Source: Chloroflexota bacterium
GTDB lineage: Bacteria; Chloroflexota; UBA6077; SHYK01
Direction: 5' to 3'
Assembly: GCA_016202435.1 (NCBI GenBank)
Contig: JACQOR010000089.1
Location: forward strand, 1-62,568
Length of the DNA: 62,568 bases
Of this stretch, positions 27,780-37,914 are shown piece by piece. The position numbers and the translations under genes are program-made. The notes under the pieces are model-generated. The model was not told the DNA's origin. It was given only the letters and a program-made list of their open reading frames with translations, and ran no database searches. Within the stretch, counting starts at the first letter, position 1, and the number at the start of each line of letters is the position of its first letter.

Positions 27780-28970
27780 CTAGTTACCGCTTTCCGAGCG
27801 CCCTGACGTCCTCGAGGCCCACCTGCTCACAGCCGCGCGAACCCGACGCGCCGTGAGCAGGTGGGCCTCCTCCCGCGCCCAGCGGTCCGCGGCCAGCACA
27901 GAATCAAGATCACAGCCACCATCGGAATCATGGCGGCCTAGCACCTCTTTCACCAGCGCTACCACATCCGTGAAGCGGATCGCTCCCGCGAGGAACAGCT
28001 CTACCGCGATTTCATTCGCTGCGTTCAAAACCGCCGGATAGGTCCCGCCCGCTCCAGCAGCTTGCCTTGCGAGCGCCACTGACGGGTACCGGGCCTCGTC
28101 CACCGGCTCAAAGGTCAACGATCCCAAAGAGAATAGGTCCAGTCGTGGGAGGTTGACTGACTGCCGTTCCGGGTAGCTTAGTCCATAGAGAATCGCGAGG
28201 CGCATGTCGGGCACTGACATCTGTGCCTTGATCGATCCATCCACAAACTCCGCTAGCGCGTGCACGATGCTCTGCCGGTGAACCACCACCGACACTCGCG
28301 ATGTCGGCACTCCGAACAGCCAACTGGCCTCAATGATCTCGAGCCCCTTGTTCATTAGCGTGGCCGAGTCAATAGTGATCTTAGGGCCCATATTCCAGGT
28401 GGGATGGTGCAGCGCCTGCTCCGGCGACGCGGACAGGAGCTCCCACAGGGGAACGTCGCGCAGGGCGCCGCCCGACGATGTGAGGTAGAGGTGCTGCAAG
28501 GTGCTGCTTCGCTCTCCCCGGAGGCACTGCCAAATGCCACTATGCTCAGAATCAATCGGGACGATCGTCCCACCGTGTGCGCGAACCGTCTCGCTGACCG
28601 TGGCGCCCGCGCTCACCAGCGTCTCTTTGTTCGCAAGCAGCACCCGCGCCGCCTGGCGTAGCGCCGTCATGCAGGCCGGCAGGCCGGCCATGCCCGGCGT
28701 TCCCAGGACCACGACGTCGGCACCGAGATCCCGCACCATTTGCTCCAGCGCGCCTGGCCCGCGGATCACCGTGGCGTCGCTCGGAGCTCCTTCGGGGGAG
28801 CCCACCGCAGTCAGCTCAGGGTGCCAGTGCTCCACCTGCTGAGCGAGAGCCGGCGACCAGTGGCCTGCCCCCAGACCGGCGACACAAAACGCATCGCGGA
28901 GGCGCCCGATGAGATCCAGAGTCTGAGTCCCAATAGAGCCCGTGCTGCCGAGTATGACCACTCGCTTCAT
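27780..28970 (-). CDS. dxr: 1-deoxy-D-xylulose 5-phosphate reductoisomerase
   Basis: ILGSTGSIG, ANKETL, PIDSEH, HPTWNMG.KITIDSA, NKGLE. Confidence 0.97.
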   Translation of the reverse strand: MKRVVILGSTGSIGTQTLDLIGRLRDAFCVAGLGAGHWSPALAQQVEHWHPELTAVGSPEGAPSDATVIRGPGALEQMVRDLGADVVVLGTPGMAGLPACMTALRQAARVLLANKETLVSAGATVSETVRAHGGTIVPIDSEHSGIWQCLRGERSSTLQHLYLTSSGGALRDVPLWELLSASPEQALHHPTWNMGPKITIDSATLMNKGLEIIEASWLFGVPTSRVSVVVHRQSIVHALAEFVDGSIKAQMSVPDMRLAILYGLSYPERQSVNLPRLDLFSLGSLTFEPVDEARYPSVALARQAAGAGGTYPAVLNAANEIAVELFLAGAIRFTDVVALVKEVLGRHDSDGGCDLDSVLAADRWAREEAHLLTARRVRAAVSRWASRTSGRSESGN

Positions 28971-29054
28971 CTTGCTGTCCGGGCGCAAAAGTGGACTTGA
29001 ACTATGCGCCGATCCACTACGTGCAAGAGTTGAGCCACCCGAGACCATGGCTGG

Positions 29055-29921
29055 TCAAGGCATGACCGTCACGTAGAGGTACCCGAACAACGCCGCCAGA
29101 ATCTGGCCATCGATGCGATCGAGAATTCCCCCGTGTCCGGGGAGGATCCAACCGGCGTCCTTGACACCGAGGCACCGCTTCACCACCGATTCCACCAGAT
29201 CGCCCGCTACGGTGCTCAAGCCCACTACCACCCCTAGGCCCGCAAGCTTCAGCGCAAGCGCAGGGAAGACCAGTCCGCCACCTAGCCCCACAACGACTGC
29301 CGCCGCCACTCCAGCGATGGTCCCTTCCACCGTTTTCTGTGGACTGATCGAAAGGGCGAGGCGCCGCTTTCCCCATCGGCGGCCCACGACAAAAGCCATG
29401 GTGTCACATGCCCAGGTCCCCAGGATGATGATTAGCACCCAGGCGAGCCCGTTCTCGCCGGCCCGCAGCCCGATCGTCGGAGCAAGCAGGGCCCCCACGT
29501 AAATACTGCCCACGACCGCCACGGCACCGCTGCTGAGAGATTCTTTCATGTCTACCTTGCTGGAGAGCATCGCGACGCCAAGTGAGATCGTGACACCCAG
29601 TACTGCCGGCGCAACCATCGGCTGACCCATCGCTGCAGAAACCGGAAAAGCCAGCCCGGCCGCTACACCGAACGCACGTAACGATCGCCCCCCCTCTTGC
29701 AAGGCGCTCCACTCCCAAGCTGCGATCCCAGTGACCAGCAAGATCAAACCGGCGAACCACCAGCCGCCGACGATTGCGCACGCCAGCACAATCGGCCCAG
29801 TAACGGCTGCCGCGAACAGCCGTGGACCCAAGCTCGAATCGCTGACCTTGGAAGCCCCTACCCGGCCGAACTGGTCCGGAAGTTCCCCAGGACGATCGGC
29901 AACTCCTGCCAACAGAATCAC
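29055..29921 (-). CDS. cdsA: Phosphatidate cytidylyltransferase (start uncertain)
   Basis: SPQKTVEG, GDLVES..KR..GVKD, PGHGGILDRID. Confidence 0.93.
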   Translation of the reverse strand: MILLAGVADRPGELPDQFGRVGASKVSDSSLGPRLFAAAVTGPIVLACAIVGGWWFAGLILLVTGIAAWEWSALQEGGRSLRAFGVAAGLAFPVSAAMGQPMVAPAVLGVTISLGVAMLSSKVDMKESLSSGAVAVVGSIYVGALLAPTIGLRAGENGLAWVLIIILGTWACDTMAFVVGRRWGKRRLALSISPQKTVEGTIAGVAAAVVVGLGGGLVFPALALKLAGLGVVVGLSTVAGDLVESVVKRCLGVKDAGWILPGHGGILDRIDGQILAALFGYLYVTVMP

Positions 29922-29927
29922 CTGGCG

Positions 29928-30677
29928 CTATGTCGCCGCAGTGGGCGCGGGCAACCCGCCGAAGCGCCTCTGCCGTCGCATGTAGTCCTTGAGCGCAGTG
30001 CGGAACAGGGCAGGGGTCAGGTCGGGCCAGTAGACCTCGGTGCACCAGTACTCTGCATAGGCTGCCTGCCAGAGCAAGAAGTTGCTGAGCCGCATCTCGC
30101 CGGCGGTCCGAATGATTAGATCAGGGTCGGCGAGCCCCGCGGTGAAAAGGTTGGCGGAGATCATCGCTTCGCTTACCTTGGACGCGTCGATGCCATCGGC
30201 CACGATCCGCTTGACAGCACCGACGATCTCAGCTCGAGAGCCGTAGTTGAAAGCGATGTTCAGCACCAGCCGGTCGTTGTTTTGAGTGGCTTGCACCGCA
30301 TAGCGAACTCGCTCCGCCAATGATTCAGGAACTCCGTCCAGGCTCCCAAGGTGACGGACGCGAACACCAACTCGACGAAGCTCGTCGGTCTCTCGATCGA
30401 TGACGTCGCTCAGAATCGCAAAAAGCGCGTCGATCTCTTCGCGCGGCCTCAACCAGTTTTCAGTAGAGAACGCATAGAGAGTGAGTACCTCGACGTCCGC
30501 CTCGAGGCACGCCTCGATAATGCCCCGGACGTTCTCTGTGCCGGCGCGATGTCCCTCTGCACGGGGAAGGCCCCGCTCGGCAGCCCAGCGGCCATTGCCG
30601 TCCATTATGATGGCGACATGGCGGGGAAACGCCGGCTCCCTCTCACCAGGGATCGAATCATCGTCCGCAGATTTCAC
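29928..30677 (-). CDS. uppS: Isoprenyl transferase UppS
   Basis: HVAIIMDGNGRWA, FSTENW, NYGSR, RTAGEMRLSNFLLWQ. Confidence 0.97.
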   Translation of the reverse strand: MKSADDDSIPGEREPAFPRHVAIIMDGNGRWAAERGLPRAEGHRAGTENVRGIIEACLEADVEVLTLYAFSTENWLRPREEIDALFAILSDVIDRETDELRRVGVRVRHLGSLDGVPESLAERVRYAVQATQNNDRLVLNIAFNYGSRAEIVGAVKRIVADGIDASKVSEAMISANLFTAGLADPDLIIRTAGEMRLSNFLLWQAAYAEYWCTEVYWPDLTPALFRTALKDYMRRQRRFGGLPAPTAAT

Positions 30678-31234
30678 GGCTCCATGATCTCGCGTTCCTT
30701 CTCCCGCCCCATCTCATCCACCTGCCCAACGTAGCGATCCGTCACCTTTTGCAGCGCGTCTTGGCCGCGCCGAAGTTCGTCCTCCGAGATCGCCTTCTCC
30801 TTTTCCTCCTTGCGCAGAACTTCCAGCCCATCGCGGCGACAATTTCGCACTGCCACTCTGGCTTCCTCAAGCCGCTTCTGCACCCTCTTCACCAGATCCC
30901 GCCTGCGATCATCTGTAAGCTGGGGAATCACCAAGCGAATCGTCGTGCCATCGTTATTCGGCGTGAGCCCCAAATCCGATTTCTGGATGGCGCGCTCGAT
31001 GGCGGACATTGCCTGACGATCATACGGCTGAATAGTAAGAAGGCGTGGCTCGGGCGCCGCGATCGCTGCGAGCGCCTGAACGGGCGTTGGCGCCCCATAG
31101 TAATCCACGACAACACGGTCCAGGATTGCAGGCGTTGCGCGCCCGGTGCGGATGCTGCCTAGATCATGCTTCAGCGACTCGATCGATTTCCGCATCCGCT
31201 CTTCGGTGCTGGACTGGACCGAGGCTATCGACAT
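30674..31234 (-). CDS. frr: Ribosome recycling factor
   Basis: IRTGRA, DLGLTP.NDG, RVAVRNCRRD. Confidence 0.97.
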   Translation of the reverse strand: MSIASVQSSTEERMRKSIESLKHDLGSIRTGRATPAILDRVVVDYYGAPTPVQALAAIAAPEPRLLTIQPYDRQAMSAIERAIQKSDLGLTPNNDGTTIRLVIPQLTDDRRRDLVKRVQKRLEEARVAVRNCRRDGLEVLRKEEKEKAISEDELRRGQDALQKVTDRYVGQVDEMGREKEREIMEP

Positions 31235-31246
31235 GTAGCGCCTCCG

Positions 31247-31972
31247 CTATTCGATCAGCGTTCCGACCATTTCGCCCCGGATGATCTTTGTCAGGTTCTC
31301 GGGATTGGTCAAGTCGAAAACGACGATTCGCAAGTTATTGTCCATGCACAAAGATAACGCCGTCACATCCATCACACCTAGTCCTTGCGATAGAGCATCC
31401 ATGAAACTCAGACGATCGTACCGCTGGGCAGCTGGATCAACGAGGGGGTCCGCCGTGTAGACACCATCTACTCGGTTCTTGGCCATGAGCAGCACATCGG
31501 CACCGATCTCCAGCGCGCGGAGAGCGCCCGCCGTGTCTGTGGTGAAAAACGGATTGCCGGTCCCAGCGGCAAAGATCACTACGCGGCCTTTTTCTAGATG
31601 ATCGATGGCCAACTGCCGGATATAGCCCTCAGCTACCTGCGGCATGGAAATCGCCGACTGGACGCGCGTCTCGACGTTGCGGACCTCGAGCGCTCCCTTG
31701 AGTGCGAGCGCGTTGAACACCGTGGCGAGCATCCCCATGTAGTCGGCTGTAGCCCGGTCGATGCCGCTGGTAGCGGCCTGCTCCTCACCCCGCCAGATGT
31801 TGCCGCCGCCAACGGCAACTGCCACCTCCACTCCCAAGCCATGCACATTCTCGATTTGACCTGCCACGTGATTTAGGGTCGCCTTGTCGATGCCGTAGCC
31901 GGCGGGCCCCTGCAGAGCCTGCCCGCTCAACTTCAAGAGGATTCTTCGGTAAGGGGGACCGTTACCACCCAA
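31247..31972 (-). CDS. pyrH: UMP kinase
   Basis: [30 protein letters not shown]. Confidence 0.97.
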   Translation of the reverse strand: MGGNGPPYRRILLKLSGQALQGPAGYGIDKATLNHVAGQIENVHGLGVEVAVAVGGGNIWRGEEQAATSGIDRATADYMGMLATVFNALALKGALEVRNVETRVQSAISMPQVAEGYIRQLAIDHLEKGRVVIFAAGTGNPFFTTDTAGALRALEIGADVLLMAKNRVDGVYTADPLVDPAAQRYDRLSFMDALSQGLGVMDVTALSLCMDNNLRIVVFDLTNPENLTKIIRGEMVGTLIE

Positions 31973-32085
31973 CTCACGGGCCTCCCGGTTGTGGTGGCGT
32001 CGCTAGCCGGCCATTCGCCCTGAAGCTCTCGAGGGGACCCTGGCGGGGGACGTCCCCGAACCGGATCGATTGGCGGAGAGCGGCG

Positions 32086-32589
32086 TCAAGCTCCCAGCTC
32101 GAAGCGGGCAAACCGTCGCAGTACGATGTTCTCTCGCGTTGTCGTGGCCACGTCCCGAATGAGGTCCGACACAGTCCGGGCTGGATCTTTGATGAACGGC
32201 TGCTCCAAGAGAGGCAAGTCCTCCGGATCGGCGCTGTTGCTCACCGTCTCCTCTTCATTTCCGACAGACGACGGGTTCGTCGCTGCCACCTGGAGTGCGA
32301 TGTCGTGAGCCAGTGCCCGGAAGTCCGGAGTGCGCGCGACAAAATCTGTCTCACAGTTCAACTCGACGAGTACACCTATCCGGCCGTCGCCGTGAATGTA
32401 CGCTTCTACGAGACCTTGACCCACGTGGCGATCTGAGCGTCTTGCAATCTGTGAGAGGCCCAGTTCTTTCAGAAGCCCCAGTGCCTCCTCAAGATCTCCT
32501 CCAGTCTCGACCAGCGCGCGTTTGCACTCCATGACCCCGGCACCGCTCAGCTCGCGCAACTCTTTCACGAGAGTCGCAGAGATATCCAA
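32086..32589 (-). CDS. tsf: Elongation factor Ts, short 167-aa form (TTG start)
   Basis: AAGGAG RBS; 'VKELRELSGAGVMECK', ELNCETDFVAR, ENIVLRRFARF. Confidence 0.93.
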   Translation of the reverse strand: MDISATLVKELRELSGAGVMECKRALVETGGDLEEALGLLKELGLSQIARRSDRHVGQGLVEAYIHGDGRIGVLVELNCETDFVARTPDFRALAHDIALQVAATNPSSVGNEEETVSNSADPEDLPLLEQPFIKDPARTVSDLIRDVATTTRENIVLRRFARFELGA

Positions 32590-32617
32590 CCCGTTGCTCC
32601 TTGGCGGCCCATTTCGG

Positions 32618-33508
32618 TTATTCGCTAGATGACGCGGCGACAGGTTCGGCAGAGTCCGGCTCGTCGGAGCCGTCTTCGCCGGAACCGACTGGCTCGGTGC
32701 CGAGGAACGCCTGCTCAGCCACCGCGGTGATCTCGGCAGCCAGCACACCCATGCTCTCAGGGAACTCCTCCTCACCCAAGTCGGTCGCCTCGAACTCGAA
32801 GCTGCCGGAAGCACTTTCGCGAACGGCCCGGCCATCGACCGCCGCGTCGGCCATTCGCCCAGTGATAAGGCGGATCGCCCGAATAGCATCATCATTGGCG
32901 GGCACCGGGTAGGCAACGACCGTGGGATCACAATTCGTGTCTACCATCGCGACGATCGGGATCTGCATACGCTGAGCCTCGGTGACAGCGATGTGTTCGC
33001 GGTCGGGATCGACCACGAACATGGCATCGGGGAGTCGCTTCATGCCGCGGATGCCGCCCAGCAGTCGGATCAGCCGTTGCAGCTTGTCCTCGAACTTGAT
33101 GGCCTCCTTCTTTGGCAGATGCTCGAACTCGCCCCGGTCCCGGCGCGCTTCGAGTTCCTCAATGTAGCGGACGCGGGTCTGAATCGTCTGGAAGTTGGTC
33201 AAGGTCCCACCAAGCCAGCGTTCGTTGACGTAGGGCATATCGGCGCGAGCCGCTTCTTCAGCAATCGCTTCTTGAGCCTGCTTTTTTGTACCCACGAACA
33301 GCAGCGTACCGCCGTCGGCGACGATCTGCTTGACCCAATCAACGGCTTCGTCCAGGCGGCGCACCGTCTGCTGGAGGTCGAGGATGTGAATGCCATTGCG
33401 CTCAGTGAAGATGAAGGGGCGCATCTTCGGGTTCCAACGTCGGGTCTGGTGCCCGAAATGGACCCCCGACTCAAGGAGCAACTTCATCGAGACTGTCGGC
33501 ACGGCCAC
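32618..33508 (-). CDS. rpsB: 30S ribosomal protein S2 (start may be the GTG at 33502)
   Basis: [35 protein letters not shown]. Confidence 0.98.
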   Translation of the reverse strand: MAVPTVSMKLLLESGVHFGHQTRRWNPKMRPFIFTERNGIHILDLQQTVRRLDEAVDWVKQIVADGGTLLFVGTKKQAQEAIAEEAARADMPYVNERWLGGTLTNFQTIQTRVRYIEELEARRDRGEFEHLPKKEAIKFEDKLQRLIRLLGGIRGMKRLPDAMFVVDPDREHIAVTEAQRMQIPIVAMVDTNCDPTVVAYPVPANDDAIRAIRLITGRMADAAVDGRAVRESASGSFEFEATDLGEEEFPESMGVLAAEITAVAEQAFLGTEPVGSGEDGSDEPDSAEPVAASSSE

Positions 33509-33544
33509 TCCATTTCTAACGTTCCCAGGGGATGACGTGGCCCG

Positions 33545-33553
33545 ATTATATCA
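33545..33553 (-). promoter_or_regulatory. Extended -10 promoter of rpsB-tsf
   Basis: TGA-TATAAT on the minus strand, ~35 nt upstream of rpsB. Confidence 0.65.
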
Positions 33554-33623
33554 CCCGAATTTTCGCCGGCTCGGCCCGTCGCCGGGTCGATGCGCCTGTG
33601 ATCGCCGCTCAGGTCCGCTCGCA

Positions 33624-34631
33624 TTACCGTCCGACGCGCGCCACATTTGCCCGGTGGTCGCTCAGGTTCGTTGCAAATAGATGGGTGCCGTCGCCCTTGG
33701 CGACGAAGTAGAGCCACGGCCCAGGCTCGGGGTTAGCAGCCGCCTCGAGCGCTGCAAGGCCAGGACTGCAGATCGGGCCAGGTGGCAGGCCGGAGTTCAA
33801 GTACGTGTTGTAGGGCGAAGCGAGACGAAGATCAGAAGTGGCAAGTTCGGCCGTCCAGTAGCCACCCGGCGGGGAGAGCAATCCGAACCGCGTGAGGGCG
33901 TATTGCACCGTCGGGTCCGCCTCCAGATTCATTCCCTGCGCAAGACGGTTGTGGAACACCGCCGCTATTCGCGGGCGCTCCCGGGGCTCCACCGCCTCTC
34001 GCTCAATGATCGACGCAACAGTCACTAGTTCGTGTATCGAGAGCCCCCGAGCGGCAGCCTGTTCGCGCACGCGACCGTCGACGCGCGCCTCGAACCGGTT
34101 CACGAGCTGCCGCACCACGTCCTCTGGCCTCGCGTCCAGAGGAAACTCGTAGGAATCCGGAAACAGATAGCCTTCGAAGGATGTAGCGCCCGAGGGCAGG
34201 GACACGCCGTCTTGCCTACCCGCGACCACTGCCATGAAACCGGCCGCCGGCACGACGCTATGGGCCTCTAGCGCAAGCGCCACCTCCTCCGCCCGCCAGC
34301 CTTCGGCGATCGTGACCAGCTTCGGCCGCCGAGCAGTCCCACTCGTCAATCCATCCAAGACCTCTCGCGCAGTCATGTTGCGCCGCAGCTCGAAATTCCC
34401 CGCCTGCAGCTTCCTGTCCAGACCGGTCACTTCCGCGAGCGCGCGAAACCGGACGGTCGATGCTATGAGTCCGGCCCGCCGGAGATCGTCAGCCACCTGC
34501 TGGGCCGTGGCTCCGGGCCGAACCGCGAAGTAGACTGGGCGCGGGTCATCGCTGACGGGACCCTCGTCTCCAATGTCACGAACTGCCCCAGCGAGCGGGT
34601 CCGCCAAGCCGGTCCAGAACCAGATGGCCAA
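33624..34631 (-). CDS. mltG: Endolytic transglycosylase MltG (N-terminus probably longer)
   Basis: TIAEG, FEGYLFPDSY, ASIIERE, NRL..GM.LEADPT, SPYNTY..GLPPGPI. Confidence 0.93.
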   Translation of the reverse strand: MAIWFWTGLADPLAGAVRDIGDEGPVSDDPRPVYFAVRPGATAQQVADDLRRAGLIASTVRFRALAEVTGLDRKLQAGNFELRRNMTAREVLDGLTSGTARRPKLVTIAEGWRAEEVALALEAHSVVPAAGFMAVVAGRQDGVSLPSGATSFEGYLFPDSYEFPLDARPEDVVRQLVNRFEARVDGRVREQAAARGLSIHELVTVASIIEREAVEPRERPRIAAVFHNRLAQGMNLEADPTVQYALTRFGLLSPPGGYWTAELATSDLRLASPYNTYLNSGLPPGPICSPGLAALEAAANPEPGPWLYFVAKGDGTHLFATNLSDHRANVARVGR

Positions 34632-34675
34632 GCCAGAAAACGCTGAAGTAGCGACGAACAGACCAATGAGGAACG

Positions 34676-35089
34676 CTAGGAGCGCCCTCGATGGTCCAGA
34701 TACCCCTGGAGGATAAAGGCCGCGGCCACCGCGTCTCGTCTGCCCGCCTCCCGCGTCTTCGAATCGCTGCCGGTAACCGCGCCGGCCATGGCCGTCGTCA
34801 TTCGTTCATCCCACAGCTCAACCGGAACGGCTAACTCATCGGCCAGGAATTTGCCAAAGCGTTCGGCGCGACGGGTCTCCGCGGTAGGGGCGCCGGAGAG
34901 CCCGATTGGGCATCCGACGATGACCCGCTCCGACTCAGTCTCCGCCACGATCGCCTCTACCGCCGCTAGGTCCTGGCGCAGGGTGTCACGATGAATGGCG
35001 CCTCGGGGCGTTGCGAGCACGCCCATCTCGTCGCTGACCGCCACCCCGATGCGTCGGGACCCAACATCAAGCGCGATTATGCGTGCCAG
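34676..35089 (-). CDS. ruvX: YqgF/RuvX pre-16S rRNA nuclease (probable CTG start at 35089)
   Basis: The RIIALDVGSRRIGVAVSD motif lies upstream of the first canonical start; also VGCP, DERMTT, DAVAA..ILQ.YL. Confidence 0.9.
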   Translation of the reverse strand: MARIIALDVGSRRIGVAVSDEMGVLATPRGAIHRDTLRQDLAAVEAIVAETESERVIVGCPIGLSGAPTAETRRAERFGKFLADELAVPVELWDERMTTAMAGAVTGSDSKTREAGRRDAVAAAFILQGYLDHRGRS

Positions 35090-35215
35090 CGCCTACCCTG
35101 CCCGTCCTGGGTGCTTCGCGGGCTGCCCGAGAGCGAGCGGCAAAGACGGCGCCTCACACCCCTCCAAGCGGCAGACCCTGCCGACACGTGTTCCAAGAAA
35201 GCGCGGGTCGCCGAT

Positions 35216-37882
35216 TTAGTCGCCCGACATTGCTTCGCGCACGATTTCGCTCGCTCTGCTGATCGCAAGGTCCAGCTTTGATGCGTCCCGTCCGCCGGCG
35301 CGAGCCAGCTCGGGGCGCCCACCGCCTCCACCTCCTGTCAAGGCTGATGCTTCTTTCACGAGCCGCACGGCGTCCAATCCCGGACGGATCACCGCCTTGC
35401 TGACACTGGCGACGAACTGGGGCGCGCCGTCTATTACCGCACCGAGTACGATGACGCCACCCTTGAGGGTCTCTTCTATCGCATCTTTTACCTGCAGCAG
35501 CGCGTCCATCGAGCCGACCTCGACGCGTCCGGTCACCACGGCCACCCCGCCAATGACCTGCGCCCCTGAAAGGAGCCCGGCCGCCTGGGATCTGCTCATC
35601 ATCGATTCGAGGCGATTCACGACTCGCCGGGCCTCCCTTAGCTCCTCGAGCAGTCCCTGGACTCGCTCGTCGATTTGCTCGGGTGCCGTGCCCAACAGGG
35701 CAGCTATCGACTCGACTTGTCGACTCCTCGCCCGAGCCAGCTCCTGGGCACGGCGCCCCGCTACGACTTCGACTCGGCGCATCCCACTCCCAATCCCGTA
35801 TTCCGCCGCCACATAAGCTGCGCCCAGCTCCCCAGTCGTGCGCACATGCGTGCCCCCGCACAGCTCCTTGCTGAAATCGTCCATAGAGACCACACGGACC
35901 CGGTCGCCATACTTCTCTCCGAAAAACGCGAGCGCCCCCTCACTAATAGCCTCCTGGAACGGCAGCTCGCGCGCAATCACCGGAATGTCAGAGCGAATCT
36001 GGTGGTTGATGACATCCTCGATGGCCTCCAGTTGGTCGGCGGTCACCGCAGAGTCACTAGGGAAGTCGAACCGGGCCACGTGTGGGGCAACCAACGAGCC
36101 CGCTTGGACGGCTTGCGGGCCCAGGGTCAGGTGGAGCGCGCTGTGGAGAAGATGAGTCACGGAATGGTGACGCATGATGTCGCGCCGGCGTTCCCCATCT
36201 ACCCGGGCATCAGCGAAGTCTCCCACGGCAATCTCGCCGTAGAGGACGCGCCCCACGTGCAGGATGTGCCCGGCCTCGTCTCGCCGCGTATCCTCGACGA
36301 GAAAAGTCCCCCGATTCGTCGCTATCTCGCCGGTGTCTCCTACCTGCCCGCCACCCTCCGGGTAAAAAGGAGATTCGGCCAACACGATAGTCCCCTGCTC
36401 GCCCTCACGAAGGTTTGAGATCCCGCGGCCGTCGGTGTCCAGCGCCAGCACGCCGGCACCCCATTTCAGCCCATCGTAGCCCCGAAAAACCGTCGGCGGC
36501 TGGCCGGAAACTTGGACGCTTTCTCCCGACAAGGACCCCACCAGAAAGCGCGCCGCTCCCCGGCTGCGCTCTCTTTGTGCCTCCAACGCCTGCTCGTACT
36601 CGCCGGCCGCCACGGTCATCCCGGCTTCCGACATGATCTCTTCGCTCAACTCACGAGGGAAGCCGTATGTGTCGTACAGGCGAAACACCTGGTCGCCCGA
36701 CAGCTCGGCCCGCCCTTCGGCCTTCGCTTCTTCGATCCAGCGCTCAAGGACTGATAGTCCGGTCTGTAGGGTGGAGAGGAAACGCTGCTCCTCGGTGCGC
36801 ACGATTGACTGCAGATCGCCGCGCACCGACCCGAGAGCCGGATAACGCAGCGTCATCCGTTCGGCCACGGCTTCGACCAGGCTGCCCAGAAACGGCCGCT
36901 CGATACCAAGTCGGCGGCCGTACCGCACGGCGCGACGGACGATGCGCCTTAGTACATAGCCTCGACCCTCGTTACTCGGTACGACGCCGTCACCCACGAG
37001 AAACGTCATCGCTCGGCCGTGGTCGGCGAGCACCCGCAGCGCCTGGTCCGTGTGCTCGGAGGCACCGTAGGCGACTCCCGCGAGCTGTTCGGCGCAACGA
37101 ATGATCGGCAGAAACAGATCCGTCTCGTAGGAGGACCCTGCCTTTTGCTGGATCCGGGTCACGCGCTCCAGGCCGGACCCCGTGTCGATGTTCTTCCGGG
37201 CGAGTGGCGTGCGGCTTCCAGCAACGTCCTGGAAGAACTGCATGAAGACCAGGTTCCAGAACTCCAAGAACCGATCGCAGTCACAGCCCGGAAAGCACTC
37301 CTGCCGGCCGCAGCACCGAGCGTCTCCGCAGCCTTCGCGCCCCCAGTCGTAGTACAGCTCCGTGTCCGGTCCGCACGGCCCCGAAGACCCCGCCGGTCCC
37401 CAGAAATTGCTCTCATCAGTAACAATACGTTCACTCGGCAGTCCTGCTGCTTTCCAGAGGCGGCCAGCCTCTTCATCCGTGGGATGGATCGTCACCCAGA
37501 GCCGATCTTGCGGAATCCCATATCCCTCTGTGACCAGCTCCAACGCCCAGGAAATCATCTGATCCTTGAAATAGTCGCCCACAGAAAAGTTGCCAAGCAT
37601 CTCAAAAAACGTATGGTGGTTGCGATCACCCACGTCGCTGATGTCGGTAGTCCGGAAGCATTTCTGAAGCGAGCACAAACGGGGTGACGGGGGTTCCCGG
37701 CGGCCCACAAAGTACGGCGCGAACTGCTGCATTCCGGCGGTCGTCAGGAGGACCGTGGGGTCGTCCTCAGGAACCAGGCTCGAGCTAGGCACCAGCAGAT
37801 GCCCGCGAGCCCGAAAGAACCCAAGGAAGGTACTGGCCACCTCATCGCTGGTCCATGTCCGGGACGCCATGGCCTCAGTCAT
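35216..37882 (-). CDS. alaS: Alanine--tRNA ligase
   Basis: TAGMQQF, HHTFFEMLGNFS, IDTGSGLER, HSVTH, ELCGGTH, GGGGGRP. Confidence 0.98.
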   Translation of the reverse strand: MTEAMASRTWTSDEVASTFLGFFRARGHLLVPSSSLVPEDDPTVLLTTAGMQQFAPYFVGRREPPSPRLCSLQKCFRTTDISDVGDRNHHTFFEMLGNFSVGDYFKDQMISWALELVTEGYGIPQDRLWVTIHPTDEEAGRLWKAAGLPSERIVTDESNFWGPAGSSGPCGPDTELYYDWGREGCGDARCCGRQECFPGCDCDRFLEFWNLVFMQFFQDVAGSRTPLARKNIDTGSGLERVTRIQQKAGSSYETDLFLPIIRCAEQLAGVAYGASEHTDQALRVLADHGRAMTFLVGDGVVPSNEGRGYVLRRIVRRAVRYGRRLGIERPFLGSLVEAVAERMTLRYPALGSVRGDLQSIVRTEEQRFLSTLQTGLSVLERWIEEAKAEGRAELSGDQVFRLYDTYGFPRELSEEIMSEAGMTVAAGEYEQALEAQRERSRGAARFLVGSLSGESVQVSGQPPTVFRGYDGLKWGAGVLALDTDGRGISNLREGEQGTIVLAESPFYPEGGGQVGDTGEIATNRGTFLVEDTRRDEAGHILHVGRVLYGEIAVGDFADARVDGERRRDIMRHHSVTHLLHSALHLTLGPQAVQAGSLVAPHVARFDFPSDSAVTADQLEAIEDVINHQIRSDIPVIARELPFQEAISEGALAFFGEKYGDRVRVVSMDDFSKELCGGTHVRTTGELGAAYVAAEYGIGSGMRRVEVVAGRRAQELARARSRQVESIAALLGTAPEQIDERVQGLLEELREARRVVNRLESMMSRSQAAGLLSGAQVIGGVAVVTGRVEVGSMDALLQVKDAIEETLKGGVIVLGAVIDGAPQFVASVSKAVIRPGLDAVRLVKEASALTGGGGGGRPELARAGGRDASKLDLAISRASEIVREAMSGD

Positions 37883-37914
37883 TCGATTCTGTCACCCTGC
37901 TTGTGAGGTTCGGG

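Noticed and set aside
32590-32931. Long tsf ORF extension
   Set aside because: Overlaps rpsB in another frame; the SD and homology start at the TTG at 32589.
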